Assembly: GCA_051453625.1 (NCBI GenBank)
Contig: JBOZIK010000001.1
Location: forward strand, 27,397,063 to 27,461,062
From: Welwitschia mirabilis
Lineage: Eukaryota
Direction: 5' to 3'
DNA: 64,000 nucleotides
This document shows positions 25,440 through 40,180 of the stretch, one piece after another (positions within the stretch are counted from its first letter, which is position 1; each line of letters opens with the position of its first letter). Under the pieces are notes generated by a model. That model worked only from the letters and a program-made list of their open reading frames with translations, had not been told where the DNA came from and did no database searches. A program made the translations under genes and the position numbers.

Positions 25440-28400
25440 AGAAGATGAGTCATAAATTTTTAACCTTTGTCCATTAATGTTTTGAATTTATCTAGTGTTT
25501 GGATTAAAGATTTCAACTGAGCCATTTGAATATGCTTTTTCTATAACATAAGGACTTAACTATTTAAGAGTTAACTTGTTATGTAAAAGGTGTACTTAGG
25601 TGTTATACAGAAGGACAAGTTGACCAGTTTTAAATTGATTATGAATAATCTTTTTATCATGTCTAAACTTGGCTTGAGTTTTAAAAATGAGTTAATGATG
25701 TAAAGCTTGAGTACGATGAAATGGTCAAGTNNNNNNNNNNGTTGGGATAATCGAGTCCTAAGATTATCATCCAAGTCTACAAATTTAAGTTGATGGATGA
25801 ATTAATAAGATTTATAGCAAACATTAACTAGAAAAATACAAATGTTTTCATACACAATTTCATATGGTAAGAAACCTAGAGAGTTTTGCTAAGTAGTATG
25901 GTAAGAACAAAGAACATCATTAATTTTAGAGAACCATGTTTTTTTATTGATAGAGACTAATTTATAAAGCATCTTTTTAATTTCTCTATTTGTGTTTTTA
26001 TCTTATCCATTAATTTGAGGATGATAAGCACATGCAATTATATGCTAAATACTAGTGGGTAAAATAAGTCTTCAAAAAAGATAATTAGTAAAATGAGTTT
26101 CTTAATTACTAATGATGATTCATGAAAAAACCAAAATGTTGAAAGATATGAGTTTAAACAAAATTAAAAATGATTCAAGCATCATTTTTAGTAGCAGTAA
26201 CAGCTTCCACACTTTTAGTAACATAATCAATAGCTACAAGAATATAAATTTTGTCATGAGAAGGTGGTGTAATAAGGCCTATAAAGTTAATTACCCAATA
26301 ATCAAAATGTTCACATTCAAGTATAGGTTTAAGGGGCATATCATGAGAATGAGTTAGGATATCATATTGTTGACATGCATCACACCTTCTAGTAAAGTAA
26401 TATAAATTCTTAAAAAGAACAGGCTAAGAAAAACTAGAGTGAAGTTTTTTTATGACAGTCTTTTAGCCACTAAACTATTTCTCACATACCCTACCATGGT
26501 AAGGTTTTAATATTTCTAAGCTTTCCCACTCAGTTACATAATTATGCATGATTTAATCCTTGTAACATCTATAAAGATGAGGTTCATTCCATTAATATTC
26601 ACCGATCCTATGAAGAAAAGGTTTGTATTATTTATGGTTCCAATGCTAAGGAGTTTTCATAATAATAAGATAGTTTACAATATCAAAATACAAAGGAGCA
26701 GGATTAGAAGAGACAACTTAAATTTGCTTAATCGTAAAGAGTTATTCATTTATAAAAGAATCATTTATGGAAAGTTCATCATGAGAGCAAGAAAGTCAAG
26801 ATAGATGATCAGAAACACTATAATGTTTTCCAACCTTATCAATGATGATGAGATTAAATTCTTACATGAGAAGGATCCACCTAATAAGTCTAGCACCAAA
26901 GTCTTTTTTAATCATAAGATAATGAATGGCTACATGATCTATGTAAACATTAATCTAAATGCCAAGAAGGTAATGTCAAAGATGATCTAGGCAAAAGATA
27001 ATGGTAAGCATTTATCTCTCAGTATTAGTATAGTTGGATTAGACCTAGGACAAAGTTTTACTAAGATAAGATATGACTTTTGGCAATAAAAATATTACTT
27101 GCATCACACATAAGTTCAAAATACTTACTCCAATTGGGATCCATGACAATAGGTTCAGAAGAAATGTTTTCTTTAAGAGTTTCAAAAAGAAGTTGACATG
27201 AATTTTTCCAATTGAATTTAGCATATTTTTCAAGTAATGAGTGAAGTGATTTATAAATTCTAGCATAATCATGAACAAAACGTTGATAAAAACTAGCATG
27301 ACTAAGCAAACATCTAATTTATTTAACATTATTTTGAGGGCTAAGATTTTTAATGATATTAACTTTTATGGGATCCATCCTAGTCCCTTCTTTTTAAATG
27401 TGATGTCCTAAAACAATTTCATAATTAATAAGAAGAAAACACTTTTCCTAACTCAAATGTAAGCCACTCTCTGTACATCAATCTAAAACTTTCTCTAATC
27501 ACTCTATGGTTTGTTAAAAAGTATTACCAAAAATAGAGGAGTCATCCATAAAGATTTCAATAGAGTTCTCTATCATATCAAAAAAAATCTCTATCATAGC
27601 TCATTGAAAGGTTCCAGGGGCATTGTAAAGTTTAAAGGGCATTACAAAGTCCAAAAGGCATTTGTGTAAAAGCAAAGATTCCAAAGGAAGAAGTAAAAGT
27701 TATTTTAGTTTAGTTGTCACTTGCTATACAAATTTGATTATAGCCATTGTAGCCATCAAGAAAAGAGTAGTAGGCATGAACTTGTAATCTATCAAGTACT
27801 TAATCAAGAAAGGGTAAAGAACAATGATCCTTTTTAGTGACCTTATTAAGTTTTATAAAATCAATACACATTCTCCATTTCCCCTCTTATTAGGAACTAC
27901 TATTAAAGGACTAATTCACTAACTATTAAATATGACATATATGATTTCAACATCTATAAGTTTAATGATTTCATCTTTAATGATTTATTTAAAGACTAAG
28001 TTAAGCCTTTTTTAGGGCTGCTTAATAAGTTTAGCATTATCTTCAAAGTAAATGTTATGTTAAACTATGGAAAGAGGAATAGTAACTAAGCTTTTATGTA
28101 TCCAAAAAAAGGTATTTTCTTCTTAAGTTAAGAGTGAGATCAAGTTTGATTCTTGCTGAGGAGTGAGAAGGTCATTGATTATTAGAGGTTTCATTTGATT
28201 GTCACATAGAAAAAATGTATTTTATACGTTAGGGCAATTTATAAGTTTAAGGCTAAGATTTTCATTTATTGTCCTATCTATCCTGGAGATGATAGATGTG
28301 GGACAACACTCTGCAAAAAGTTTTTCTACTGAGTAAATATGTTGAGTTTCTTTCCAGTTGATGTGTTATTCATCCTTAGACACAAGATAATGTGTTTCAG

Positions 28401-30330
28401 TGGGATCATCATGTAAAGTTAGTTCATGTATCATGATCAATCTCTCCTTAATTAGTTAATGCTATAAAAATAATGTTAGTTTTAGTTCATCTTATAAGTT
28501 AAACTCATTTCCTATATCCTTTTTAGCAACATGAAAAACTTGAATGGTAAACTGTTTATTGCCAAAACGACATTCCATTATCTCAAGTCATGTGTTACTA
28601 ATACAATGGATACTTGCATAAAAGGCTCTTCCTAAGAGAAGTGGGTAACCTCCATCATGTTCTANNNNNNNNNNTTAGATGAATAGGTCCTTCATACTTC
28701 CTAATGGTTTCTTGATTAAAGTTTTAGACAATTCCAAAATAAGTCATATAGGTTCTATTCTGTTTTCCATCCTAAGTCTCTTACATATGTGGAGAGGCAT
28801 GATGTTTACACTTACTTCTATGTCAATTAAAGCTTTTTGAATTCTTTTATGAATTTTATGTTTTTGTTTTCTTCTTTCTAAGTCCTTTCACAACTTAGAA
28901 TAGTTAGGATTTTAGTGCAAGAGTTTTTAAAAAGATAAGTTAATGTTTACCTCTTGTATTAAAGTTTTTAAGTGTTCATCAAAGGTAGGATTTGTATTTA
29001 ATCAATCAAGCCAAGGAGTGAATGGTTTCTTTTCTTTATTTTCTTATGAGGAATTTCTAATGAGGTTCTTAGTAGATGATGTTAATAGAAAGTTTTATAG
29101 ATCTAAAATTTCTACATTATCTTCTTCATTCATTTTATTATTATTAGAAGTTGAAACCTCATGGATATGAGGTGTTGTATCATCTTCACTTTAACTTACT
29201 ACTTTTAAATATTTATTGACTTCATTTGTATTTGATAAATGTTGAAATGTAAGAGACCCTTGTGGTGTTTGATTGATAAGCATTGTTTATTGGAGCACAT
29301 TCACTAAATTTTTAATGCTAATATTAGTTTTTTTTTGTACCTTTCTTATTTTTTCTATAGATTCTCTAAGTGGATCATTTTAACTTTGTTGGAAGTTAAA
29401 GTTATTTGGTTGGAAGTTTGAATTTATGAATCTATTTTAAAAAGGTTTCTATTATGATTATCCACCTAATTTATGTTGAAATTGTGATTGATTTTTAAAA
29501 TTAGGTATTCTTTGATTAAATGCACAGACTTCCTCAAACATCCTCTTCTTATAAGTTGATAACAATGGGCAATATTTAGTTGGATGAGAGTTATCTTTAC
29601 AAATTTCACAATGTAAATTTTAGTTTTCATTATTTAATACTTTTGCATAAACTATCATTTATGTATACTTATTTATAGTGATAGTAAAATCTTTCATCAA
29701 GTTGGTTAAGTCCTCTCTTCCTTATTTCTTGTCATGTTTAACTTCCTTTAAATCTTTTAAAATTTGGTCTATAGTTTGATTTTTCTTAGTGGGTTTAGGC
29801 CAAGTTTGAGTTATTTATACAAGGTTTTCCAACATGCTTCATGATTCTTCTAAGACTAAGTTCAACAAGTTACCTCCATAAGAAAACTCTACAAGTTGTT
29901 TAGTTTAAGCATTTAATTTACTATAGAAACATTAAAGTAACTCTTTCTTACAAAATTTATCAATAGTGTTAGAATGGCTAGCTATGAAAAAACATTCATA
30001 AGTTGTGGCATAATCCTTATAAGGTTGTTATTGAAAATTAGTTACTTCCTTTCTTCTTTTTCTCATGGAACTTTCACTCAAAAATTGTTTAATAAATACT
30101 TCTTAAACTTAACTTCAAGTTTTAAGACTTTTATGTGGAGTAGTTTTAAAATAAATTTTTACTCTTCCTCTAAGTGTAATTAGAAAGATAATCATGTAGG
30201 TATGATTACTAATACATTTCTTTCCATTTCCCCAAAGTAAGCATAATTTGTTCAATATCAACTAAATGTTAGAAAGGGTCTTCCTATGGTTCCCTCAAAA
30301 AAGTCAGATATGCACTTAAATTTCTTAATT
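25440..30330 (-). pseudogene. Decayed gypsy gag-PR-RT-RNaseH-integrase
   Basis: RT: MCIDFIKLNKVTKKDH, MPFGLCNA, EIFMDDS (27541-27552). RNase H: FELMCDASN. Integrase: YILVAIDYVTK and SPYVIEKAYSNGSVEI...NGQRLKIY. Gypsy domain order; numerous stops. Confidence 0.9.
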
Positions 30331-30931
30331 TTACATCATATCTAGGAGGTAAATTAAAGGGATTTTGGATTTTATGTTTTCTATAAATAATTAAATTTCT
30401 AGGAGTAACATTTACATTTGAGAAAGAAGTTTCTATTACAATTGGAATATTAGATGAAGCAACTTGCTCTTATTTTTATAACGATTTTGAAACATTTGAC
30501 ATATTTGAAAAATAAATGATGCGATATAATTCTATATTATAATTTTCTTTTGAAAAATATAATTCTAAAATAATAAAAAAATAAAAATCTTATTTTTCAA
30601 TTCTAAGAATTTACATACCTAAAATCTATGTACTTAAATTTATTTTAAAGTCAAATAATCCTTCTCTGATGTTTTCTTCAATCAAGTTTTATACTCTCTG
30701 ATATTTCATCTTTCTACCAAAATTTATCATGTCCCTACATGCTCAGATAAGAAATAAAAATCAAAATAAAAATAATAGATATTGTTCACCTGGCCGTGAG
30801 GACAATAAGAAGGATGATGATCATAGTAATANNNNNNNNNNNNNNNNNNNNNNNNNNNNNNNNNNNNNNNNNNNNNNNNNNNNNNNNNNNNNNNNNNNNN
30901 NNNNNNNNNNNNNNNNNNNNNNNNNNNNNNN

Positions 30932-33660
30932 TTAAATGGTAAGGTGAAAGTTGTTTTAGAATAGTCTTTAATTACTATACAAATTTGATTATAGCCACTA
31001 TATCCATTAAGAAAATAATAATAGACATGACCTTGAATTCTATTAAGTACTTGATTAAGAGAGTGTAAAGAGCAATAATCCTTTTTAGTAACCTCATTAA
31101 GTTTTTTAAAATTGATGCACATTCTCCATTTTCCCCTCTTCTTTAGAAATATTATTAAAGGACTAACCCATTCCTATCAGATATGGTATATATGATTTTG
31201 ACATCCATAAGTTTAATGATTTCATCTTTAATAATTTGTTCAAGGGTTAGGTTGAGTGTTATTTAGGTCTACCTAATAGGTTTAGCATTATCTTCAAGTT
31301 GAACTTTGTGTTAAATTATGAAAAGAGGAATGGTAGCTAAGTATTTATGTATCTAAGCAAAAGAATTTTCTTTCAAAGTTAAGAGTGAGATCAAGATTGA
31401 TTCTTATTGATAAGTAAGAAGATAACTTATTATTAGGTGTTTCATTTGATTTTTAGATAGAAAAATATATTTTAAACCTTGGGGTAATTTCTTAAGTTCA
31501 AGGTTGAGATTTTCAACTATCGTTTCCTCTATTGTGGGAATGACAAACGTCAAATAACACTTGGTAAAAAGTTTTTCTATCAAGTAAATATGTTAAGTTT
31601 TCCCCGAGTCAATATGTTTTTCATCCTCAGACTTAAGACAGTGTGTTTTAGTTAGATCATCATATAGAGTTGTTTCATGTAACATGAGTAATCTTTCTTT
31701 AATTAGTTAATGGTAAATTGTTTGTTACCAAAGTGACANNNNNNNNNNNNNNNNNNNNNNNNNNNNNNNNNNNNNNNNNNNNNNNNNNNNNNNNNNNNNN
31801 NNNNNNNNNNNNNNNNNNNNNNNNNNNNNNNNNNNNNNNNNNNNNNNNNNNNNNNNNNNNNNNNNNNNNNNNNNNNNNNNNNNNNNNNNNNNNNNNNNNN
31901 NNNNNNNNNNNNNNNNNNNNNNNNNNNNNNNNCTAAGATAATTCATATCAGTTTTATTTTATTTTCCAATCCAAGTCTCTTACATATTTGAAGAGGCATA
32001 ATATTTACACTTTCTCCTATGTCAATTAAAGCTTTTAAATTTTTTTATTTACTTCTAAGGTAATACTCACAGTTGTAGCTCCATGGTCTTTGAATTTAAA
32101 ACACTTTTTCATAACTAAGTTGAAAATAAATTGAGTAAGAAAAAAGTTTTTAGGAATGATACATTTTTATTTTCTTCTTCCTAAGTCCTTCCAAAACTTA
32201 GAATATTTTAAATTTTCTTATAAGAGTTTCCAAAAAGATAAGTTGATGTTTACCGCTTGCATCAAAGTTTTTAAGTATTCATTAAAGGTAGGATTTGTAT
32301 TTAATTGATAAAGCTAAGGAGTGAATGATTTCTTGCCTTTGTTTTCTTGTAAGGACTTTTTAGTAGATGTTTAGTAGGTTATGTTGCTAGAAAGTTGTAT
32401 GAATCTGAAATTTCTACATCATCGTCTTCATTCATTTCATTATTTTTGGAAGTTAAAACCTCATAAGTAAGAGGTGTTGTATTATTTCCACTTTGTGTTA
32501 CTATAAATATGTCTTGACTTCATTTGAGTTGGGTAAAGATTGAGATTCAAAAGACCTTTATGGTCTTTGATTAACAAGCATTGTTTCTTAGAGTACATTC
32601 ACTAAGATTTCAATGTTGCTATTAGTTTTTTTTTCATATTTATCATTTCTTCTATAGATTCTCTAAGTATATCATTCTTATGTTATTAGAAGTTAAAGTT
32701 ATTTGGTTGGAAGTTTGAATTTTTGAACCTATCCTCAAAAGGTTTCCATTATGATTATCCACCTAATTTTTATTGAAATTATGATTAGTTTTTAAGTTAG
32801 GTGTTATTTGATTGAATGCACAAGCTTCCTCAAACATCCTCTCCTTACAAGTTGGCAAAAAGGGGTACTCTTTAGTTAGATTCAAGTTATATTTATAAAT
32901 TTTACAATTTAAGTTGAGTTTTCATTATTTACTACTTTTTCATCAACTGTCATTTGTGTATACTTCTCTAACATTGTAATAACATCTTTCATCAAGTTGA
33001 TTGATTCCTCCCTTTCTTCTTCCTTGTCATGTTTAACTTCTTTTAAATATTTTAAGATTTAACCTATAGTTAAATTTTCTTTAGTGGGTTTAAACCAAGT
33101 TTGACTTATTTCTACAAGGTTTCCAACATACTCCATACTTATTCTAGGACTAAGTTCAACAAGATGGCTTTACAACAACAATATACAAGTTGTTTAGTTT
33201 GAGAATTTAATTCATTGTAGAAATAATTAATTAACTCTTCCTTACAAAATACATTAATAGGATTGGAATGACTAGGTATGATAAAATGTTTATAAGATAT
33301 TACATAATCCTCATGAGGTTTTTGTTGAAAGTTAATCACTTCTTTTCTTCTTTTTTGCATCGAACGTTCACTAAAAAATTGTTTCACAAACACTTCTTAC
33401 ACTCTACTCTAAGACTTAAGACTTTTATGTGGAATGGTTTTAAGTTAAATTTTTTCCCTTCCTCTAAGTGTGATTGGAGGGATAATAGATATGGTCACTA
33501 ATATGTTTCTTTTGATTTTCTTAGATAATAATAAGTTGTTTAATATCAGCTCAATGTTGGAAAAAGGTCTTCCTCAGGTTCCCCTAAAAAAGCTGGATAT
33601 GAGCTTAAATTATTTAATTATACATTATTTCAAGGAGGTAAATCAAAGAGATTTTGAATT
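30932..33660 (-). pseudogene. Second decayed gag-PR-RT(N-terminal) copy
   Basis: ORF 30727-31122 MCINFKKLNEVTKKDY...FLNGYSGYNQI...KTTFTLPF; ORF 33139-33393 is gag-like (FVKQFF...VINFQQ...LINYFYNEL); collinear with 27680-30831. Confidence 0.85.
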
Positions 33661-36599
33661 TCATGTTTTTTATTAGCGATTAAATCTTTAAGAGTAATAT
33701 TTACATTTAAAAAAGAAGTTCCTACTATGATTGAGGTATCAGATGAAGTAACTTGCTTTTGCTTTTGCAATGATTTTGATACATTTGATATAATTAAAGA
33801 AGAAATGATATGATCTACTTATATATTACAATTTTATTTTGTAAAATATGATTCTAAAATAATAAAAGAAAAAAAAATTCTTCTTCAATTTTGGAAATCT
33901 TCATAGCTAGAATGTGTGTACCTAGAATTTGCTCAAAGTCGAGTAATCCTTCTCTAATGTTTTTTTTTTCAATCATGTTTTGCTCTTTCTAATACTTCAT
34001 ATTCTTACCATAATTCATCATGTCTCTACATGTTAAGATAATAAATAAAAGCCAAAATAAAAAATAATAGACTGTTATCTAACTAGTCATGGGGACATCA
34101 ATGACAATCACAGTAATAGAAAAAACCAAAACTAAAAAAGAATTATTGAAAGCAGAAAAACTTGACTGTCATCTAGGATGTCATGGGAATGACAAATAAA
34201 ATAATAATACCTTTATTGTTAGACTAAGAATAGAAGAAAAATTATGAAGTAAAAAATAATTTTGAGATTTTAGAACTATTGTTCTCAATATCATCTAGAT
34301 GATAGAGAGGATGACAAGAATTCTAAACACCATGGAAAATAAAAATTACTAAAATAAACCTAATCTAAACTATACTAAAATATAATACTATTTTAAATAA
34401 TTAACTTGAATAGAAATATTTAAGGTACTTATCAGATTAATGACAATCCTCCATATCCTTGTGACCTTCCTCGACAAAGGTGTCAAAATGTTATGATGTG
34501 AATTTATATAATTCTAAAGTCTTTTAGGTATACCTGTAATTAAATTACTTATAGAAAAACACATGCTTAAAGTTAGAGAATTGATTTCCAAAGGTATTTT
34601 TAGTCTTTTATCTTTTAATAACTAAAAGTAAATAACAAAGTAAAATGTAATACAAAATGAATGAAGATGAAATGCAAATAAAAGTAGAATGGATTCTATT
34701 GGATCCTAATTCAACTGTCATAAGAACTAGCTTTTCTATAATTAAAATCAATTAATAAGAGTACTTTACTTATTCCTCATCAATGTGAACTATGAGATAT
34801 ACTAAATATAATATGAAATGCGATGTGAAATGGAAATAAAATAAAAAATGCAAATCTAAACTAACTAAANNNNNNNNNATAAAGGTTGCTCTTATGATCT
34901 AAATAAATTACAAAATTGTCACTTAAACTATAATTAACTTAAAACATAAGGACATAAATAGAATTAGAATAAAAATAGTAATTATATTGAGCCATAAAAC
35001 TTTACATCCACTTACAAAAAAGTAGTAGCATCTTAATGGAGAATACTTAGCCCAACACTAAGGGAACTCCTCTCTGTAGCTACTAGATAGGCCCTTTTAT
35101 TCTTTAGTCTTCTGTCATAAGTATATTGGGTACAAAAGATGGAAATAAAAGTGAAGGAGGGGAAAGGTATTTATATTTTTAATTAAAGTTCTAGAACCTT
35201 AACTGTGTAAGTTGGAAAATAAATCCTAAAAGCCCAAATATGCATGAATCATTAGAAAGATAATTATTTTCCATCATAGAACATAATTGTTATCCTATTT
35301 GTCATGAGGATGACATAGGAATGATACTCTACGTCAAATTGTAATTCATTAGCTTCAGACCCCACTATCAATCTTGCAGCTTCTTTCCAAGTCAAAAATG
35401 ATATCATCCTGACTATTGTGGGGATGATAGAGGGAACGATAAAATTTCTCACCTCCAATCTCAATAAGGAATTAATCTTCTGCATAGTAAATCCTTTCTT
35501 TAGAGTATGAACTATTAGAATAGGCCTCATAGGCCTCCAAATATGCTAAGAATTTCATATTTTAATGATCATCCTATAATTTCTTCATAATCATTAGTAT
35601 TGCATCCAAACCTATATAAATGTCATGTAGAAGCACTCAAAATACATTATTAAATTAATATGAATTAGCATTATAACACGAATCTCTATTGCTTCACTCT
35701 CTACTAGGTATTTAAGGGTAATTCTCAACCTTATAAAGTGGACTTTTTTAGGCTAAGTCTCAACCTTCATAAATCAAACTTTTACAGGTTAAGTCTTAAT
35801 CTCAATAAAATGAACTTTTGCAGGCTAAGTTTCAACCTTAATAAAATGCACAATGGTGAGTGAGGGAATAAAGCCTTTATGCTCTTAAGTTACTCAAATT
35901 CAAGAACTAATAATGGAGTTTTATTGCTTAGATTTAGTAGAAAGGTTAAGTAAAAAAATAAATTTACAAATATAAGATCTTTAGATCAAGAGTGCAACCT
36001 TATTCTTTTCAAAATTTGTTTGATCCTAAGCATCCCAAGTTTTTGAGTGTTACCTCTTTAAATAGATTTCCCTAAAATATATCCATTAGAAGGTTGGGAA
36101 GGAATATAACATTTAATATTGGATAGATTTGGTGAAATAACAATTAAAAAACTGGATTGAAAATTTCTACTTCCACTCTAATTAGTCGACTCTTGAAAAC
36201 ATTTGGTTAACCTGAGTGGCTCAGATTAGTTGATTTAATTACCCACTTTTTTATTTGGTTGACTTAAGTAACTCATGTTTTCTTGAAACTCTCAGATGTT
36301 TTGTTAATGTATCATGGAGGAGGGGATTACCTTAAATAGAGCCATTATTAAAAGAACTTACAAATTCTTAAAATGGACATTATAAATTTAAATTTTATAT
36401 TAATAATATAGATAGTTTTTAATTAATGACTTTGCTAGAGGGAATTAATGAGGATTTAATCCCTTACTAAATACAAAACATTTGTAAGTTTAAAGGAATG
36501 AAAAGTGGGTATTATATTTGATTTTAGAGCGTCATGTTTATAAAGTTTACAATTGTAGAAATTTCATGTCACTACAGGTAAAGACTTATTTGGAAATAA

Positions 36600-37252
36600 A
36601 TTTAAATAACAATGCATTAATGTTTGCAAAATACATACTTTTTCTATATGGGTAGTTATATTTTAAATGACCAAATTTGCAATAAGAATGACAAGTAATA
36701 TTTATTGTAGAAAATGTTATATCTTTAACACTTATCTAAGTAGATGAATTTTATTTAGTATTACCTTCAAATCCAATATCCTGTTGTCATATGTAAGTTG
36801 TTCCAATCCAAGAATCTTCTCAAGCATCTTTGATCCTTCTGTAAATCTACTTAAGACTTTTGAAGATTGGATTAAATTCTTCATGAGACTTATGTTTTAT
36901 TCTTAAATCTTTTTATATCTTTGATGTAAGACTTCATGATCCCTTCTCAAATTCTTAATGATATTATTTAGTTCATTGAATTTTATAGCAACCTTTCACA
37001 TTCTTGATATAGTTCATGATATGTCTCTTCAACATGTTTCTCTTCTTTATCTTTACTCATTTCCAAATCATTATGCTTAGTGAGTTTTGATGATTAAGTG
37101 CTGTAATTTAAAAGTGCCATAAAAGATAATGTTTCATGTTCTTCAGATACTTCATCAGAGCTTTCTTCCTCATCATCTTCAAGATTATCCCAAGTGGTTA
37201 CTAGTGAGGGATTCTTTAGCTCCTTCAATTTTCTATTATTGATATCATTATT
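36600..37252 (-). pseudogene. Extra SIRE-type gag fragment (coiled coil plus zinc knuckle) inside the split 3' LTR
   Basis: Minus strand SRFTEGSKMLEKILG...ITCHSYCKFGHLKYN resembles SIRE gag C-terminal motifs; bounded by the gap at 37253-37947. Confidence 0.5.
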
Positions 37253-37947
37253 NNNNNNNNNNNNNNNNNNNNNNNNNNNNNNNNNNNNNNNNNNNNNNNN
37301 NNNNNNNNNNNNNNNNNNNNNNNNNNNNNNNNNNNNNNNNNNNNNNNNNNNNNNNNNNNNNNNNNNNNNNNNNNNNNNNNNNNNNNNNNNNNNNNNNNNN
37401 NNNNNNNNNNNNNNNNNNNNNNNNNNNNNNNNNNNNNNNNNNNNNNNNNNNNNNNNNNNNNNNNNNNNNNNNNNNNNNNNNNNNNNNNNNNNNNNNNNNN
37501 NNNNNNNNNNNNNNNNNNNNNNNNNNNNNNNNNNNNNNNNNNNNNNNNNNNNNNNNNNNNNNNNNNNNNNNNNNNNNNNNNNNNNNNNNNNNNNNNNNNN
37601 NNNNNNNNNNNNNNNNNNNNNNNNNNNNNNNNNNNNNNNNNNNNNNNNNNNNNNNNNNNNNNNNNNNNNNNNNNNNNNNNNNNNNNNNNNNNNNNNNNNN
37701 NNNNNNNNNNNNNNNNNNNNNNNNNNNNNNNNNNNNNNNNNNNNNNNNNNNNNNNNNNNNNNNNNNNNNNNNNNNNNNNNNNNNNNNNNNNNNNNNNNNN
37801 NNNNNNNNNNNNNNNNNNNNNNNNNNNNNNNNNNNNNNNNNNNNNNNNNNNNNNNNNNNNNNNNNNNNNNNNNNNNNNNNNNNNNNNNNNNNNNNNNNNN
37901 NNNNNNNNNNNNNNNNNNNNNNNNNNNNNNNNNNNNNNNNNNNNNNN

Positions 37948-38530
37948 TTTAATGTCCATAAAATAGCTACATAATGGCTATAAAACTTATATTTCCATCA
38001 TGTTTGATCAACCCCTTAAACATATGGTCGATCCCTTCTGGTATCATTACTTAAATAGATTACCCTTTTAACCTATTCATTCAACTTAGTTTCTTATGGC
38101 TCCATGTATGGTCAACTCCTCAGGGTCTATTTGACTACTAGTTTGGTTGCTCGCTTGGTCCTGATAAAATCTATTTTCTGCTTTAGGTTTAGTCGACCAC
38201 TTAGGAATCTAGTTGATCTCTTACTAATCGAATGTGAAGTATTGATGCTTAGTTCTTAGGTTTAGTTGACTTCTTAGGTGTCTAATCGACCCTTTGATGA
38301 TCAGTTTAGAAGGATCAAGTACATAGTTCTTAGATCTAGTTGAATACTCAAATGTTTGGTCAACTCCTTAATGATCGGTTTAGGAGCACTAGTTCTCAGG
38401 TTTACAGGTTTGATCGACCCCTTGAATATTTGGTTGAATTTTCTAAATTCAGTTTACTTCTAAGTGTTTACTTTAGGTGTAGTCAACTTCTTAGAAGTTT
38501 AGTCGACTCCTTTAGAGGGTAATAAGACTT
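37948..38530. repeat. Array of decayed GTCGAC-centred palindromic units in the SIRE-like LTR
   Basis: ggtcgatc, agtcgacc, agttgatc, aatcgacc, ggtcaact, gatcgacc and agtcgact recur every ~20-40 bp; also at ~36180-36270, 40370-40490 and 52480-52660. Confidence 0.7.
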
Positions 38531-39199
38531 TATCGGTTTTAAGATTAAAATGTGGTAAACATTGCTTTAGCTTCTAACCTATAAGTGATTAATTATTTTT
38601 TCATAATATACAAAAAACTTTTCTACATAGAAAATATTAGTTTAACATTAATTAATAAATAATAATTTTAATAATCTCCCTCTTTAACATTGATGGCAAA
38701 CTTTTTCTTAGGTGAAAAGATTAGATTTGAACCCACTCCCCCTTCATAAAATGCTTGCAAAAATATTAAACCTCTTATATTCAGTTAGACATTTTGCTAA
38801 GTTTTAATATTTTACTAATATTTAATAACAATTTGAAATGTGAAAATATATATGAAGCAAAATATGTTGGTCATAAATTATTAAATAACCATAAGATATC
38901 CTAGAATTTTTAGTTCATATTAAAAATAGATGTGCACTAAAAAAAATGAACACAAATTATAGAGCATTAAAAACAAGTGCATTTTTATTACTGAAAGATG
39001 AACATTATAATATAAAGTGCTTATCAAAAGTAGATACATCTGAGAGCACCATAAATAACTAAATAATTATTACCCTCTTGATATGAATAATAAAGGAGAG
39101 ACGAAATATAAGCATGAAAGAAAAACATAAACATAGAAAGAGATCTAGTCAGATTCCTCTGCTTTATCCTCTTTAGATTCTTCTTTAAAATCTTCTTTT

Positions 39200-40180
39200 T
39201 CTTCATCTTCCTGGGCTACCTTCTGCAATGAGCTTCTAGCTTTATATGAAGTATTAGTAATCTCATATCTAGCTATAGTGAGAGCTTCTTTTATTTGTCT
39301 AGTATTATAGTTAATTCACCTCATTATGAAATAGTCCCTTTTAGGGAGGTTTACTTGGGAGAAGGAGATTTAAAGGACTTCTTTGATCTAATGAAGATAT
39401 AATGTGAGACAACGTCATATGCCCAATGGGTAACATGGGTTAAGAGGTTTCAAGATTCAAGCGAAAATGACTCGATAATCATGACACATATTTGCAATTA
39501 ATATAGAGAAAGGTAAAGGCCTAGTTCTATGATACTCTAACTGAGAAATCATATTTTTCAGTATAAAGGTAAGGGCATCAATGGAGTATCTAGTCCCTAC
39601 CAAATACATCAAATATATCCTATAGTAGGAGGCCTTATTATGATGACTCGTCAAAGGCAAGAAATTATAGGTAAAAACTAAGTGAAGAAACCTATACTTT
39701 GGGATAAGTAAAGAAGTAAAAATAGTGTGCTTCCAGTTATGGAATTTATCATAAAGCTCCCTTGTGATCTTTGCTTTAACTTTCATGGAGTCACAGAAAG
39801 GCCAAAACTTCTCATAGTCTCCTCTTAGGAAATCAGTAACAGCCATAATGAATTTTGCAATTACCCCAAAATGAGGATTTTAATGGTTCCATAGTTTAAT
39901 CATAAGAAGCATTATAATAAAACATTCTAGTAAGAAAAAGGGTAAGTAAAATTTAAAACATTAAGAAAATAAGATCGATCTAGATATTGTAAGAGTTGAA
40001 TCACATATTTAAGCTCCTTAAGCTCTGAAGTAGCAATAGATATTTCCTTGCACACAGGATTCTTCTCAAACTTCTCAATGAAGTTATCCAATGCATCTTT
40101 AGACATTTCTTAGTAGAAATAAGAATGATCTTTGCTAGAAAATTCTTTTGTTATTCTTTTGGAATGTTTCTTAGCTATTA
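39200..40180 (-). pseudogene. Extra ORF between pol and 3' LTR (SIRE env-like / plant transposon protein)
   Basis: ORF 39457-39846 (...YRFLHLVFTYNFLP...YLMYLV...IDALTFILKNM...PLPFSILIANMC) has the pattern typical of this ORF class and lies downstream of RNase H. Confidence 0.65.

Larger units (their letters stand above)
22076..35678 (-). mobile_element. Athila-like Ty3/gypsy element nested in the 3' LTR of the SIRE-like element
   Basis: LTRs at 22076-23332 and 34489-35678. PBS at ~34467-34486 (minus TGACACCTTTGTCGAGGAA, decayed Asp type); PPT at ~23335-23347 (minus CTAAGTAGGGGGC). Degenerate TSD TAGAT/CGAAT, compatible with CGGAT by transitions only. The flanks rejoin to match the other SIRE LTR near 52361. 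Confidence 0.88.

Noticed and set aside
37194-37959. Long ORFs made of X (also 6351, 21379, 31718, 45167, 59359)
   Set aside because: Artefacts of N gaps.
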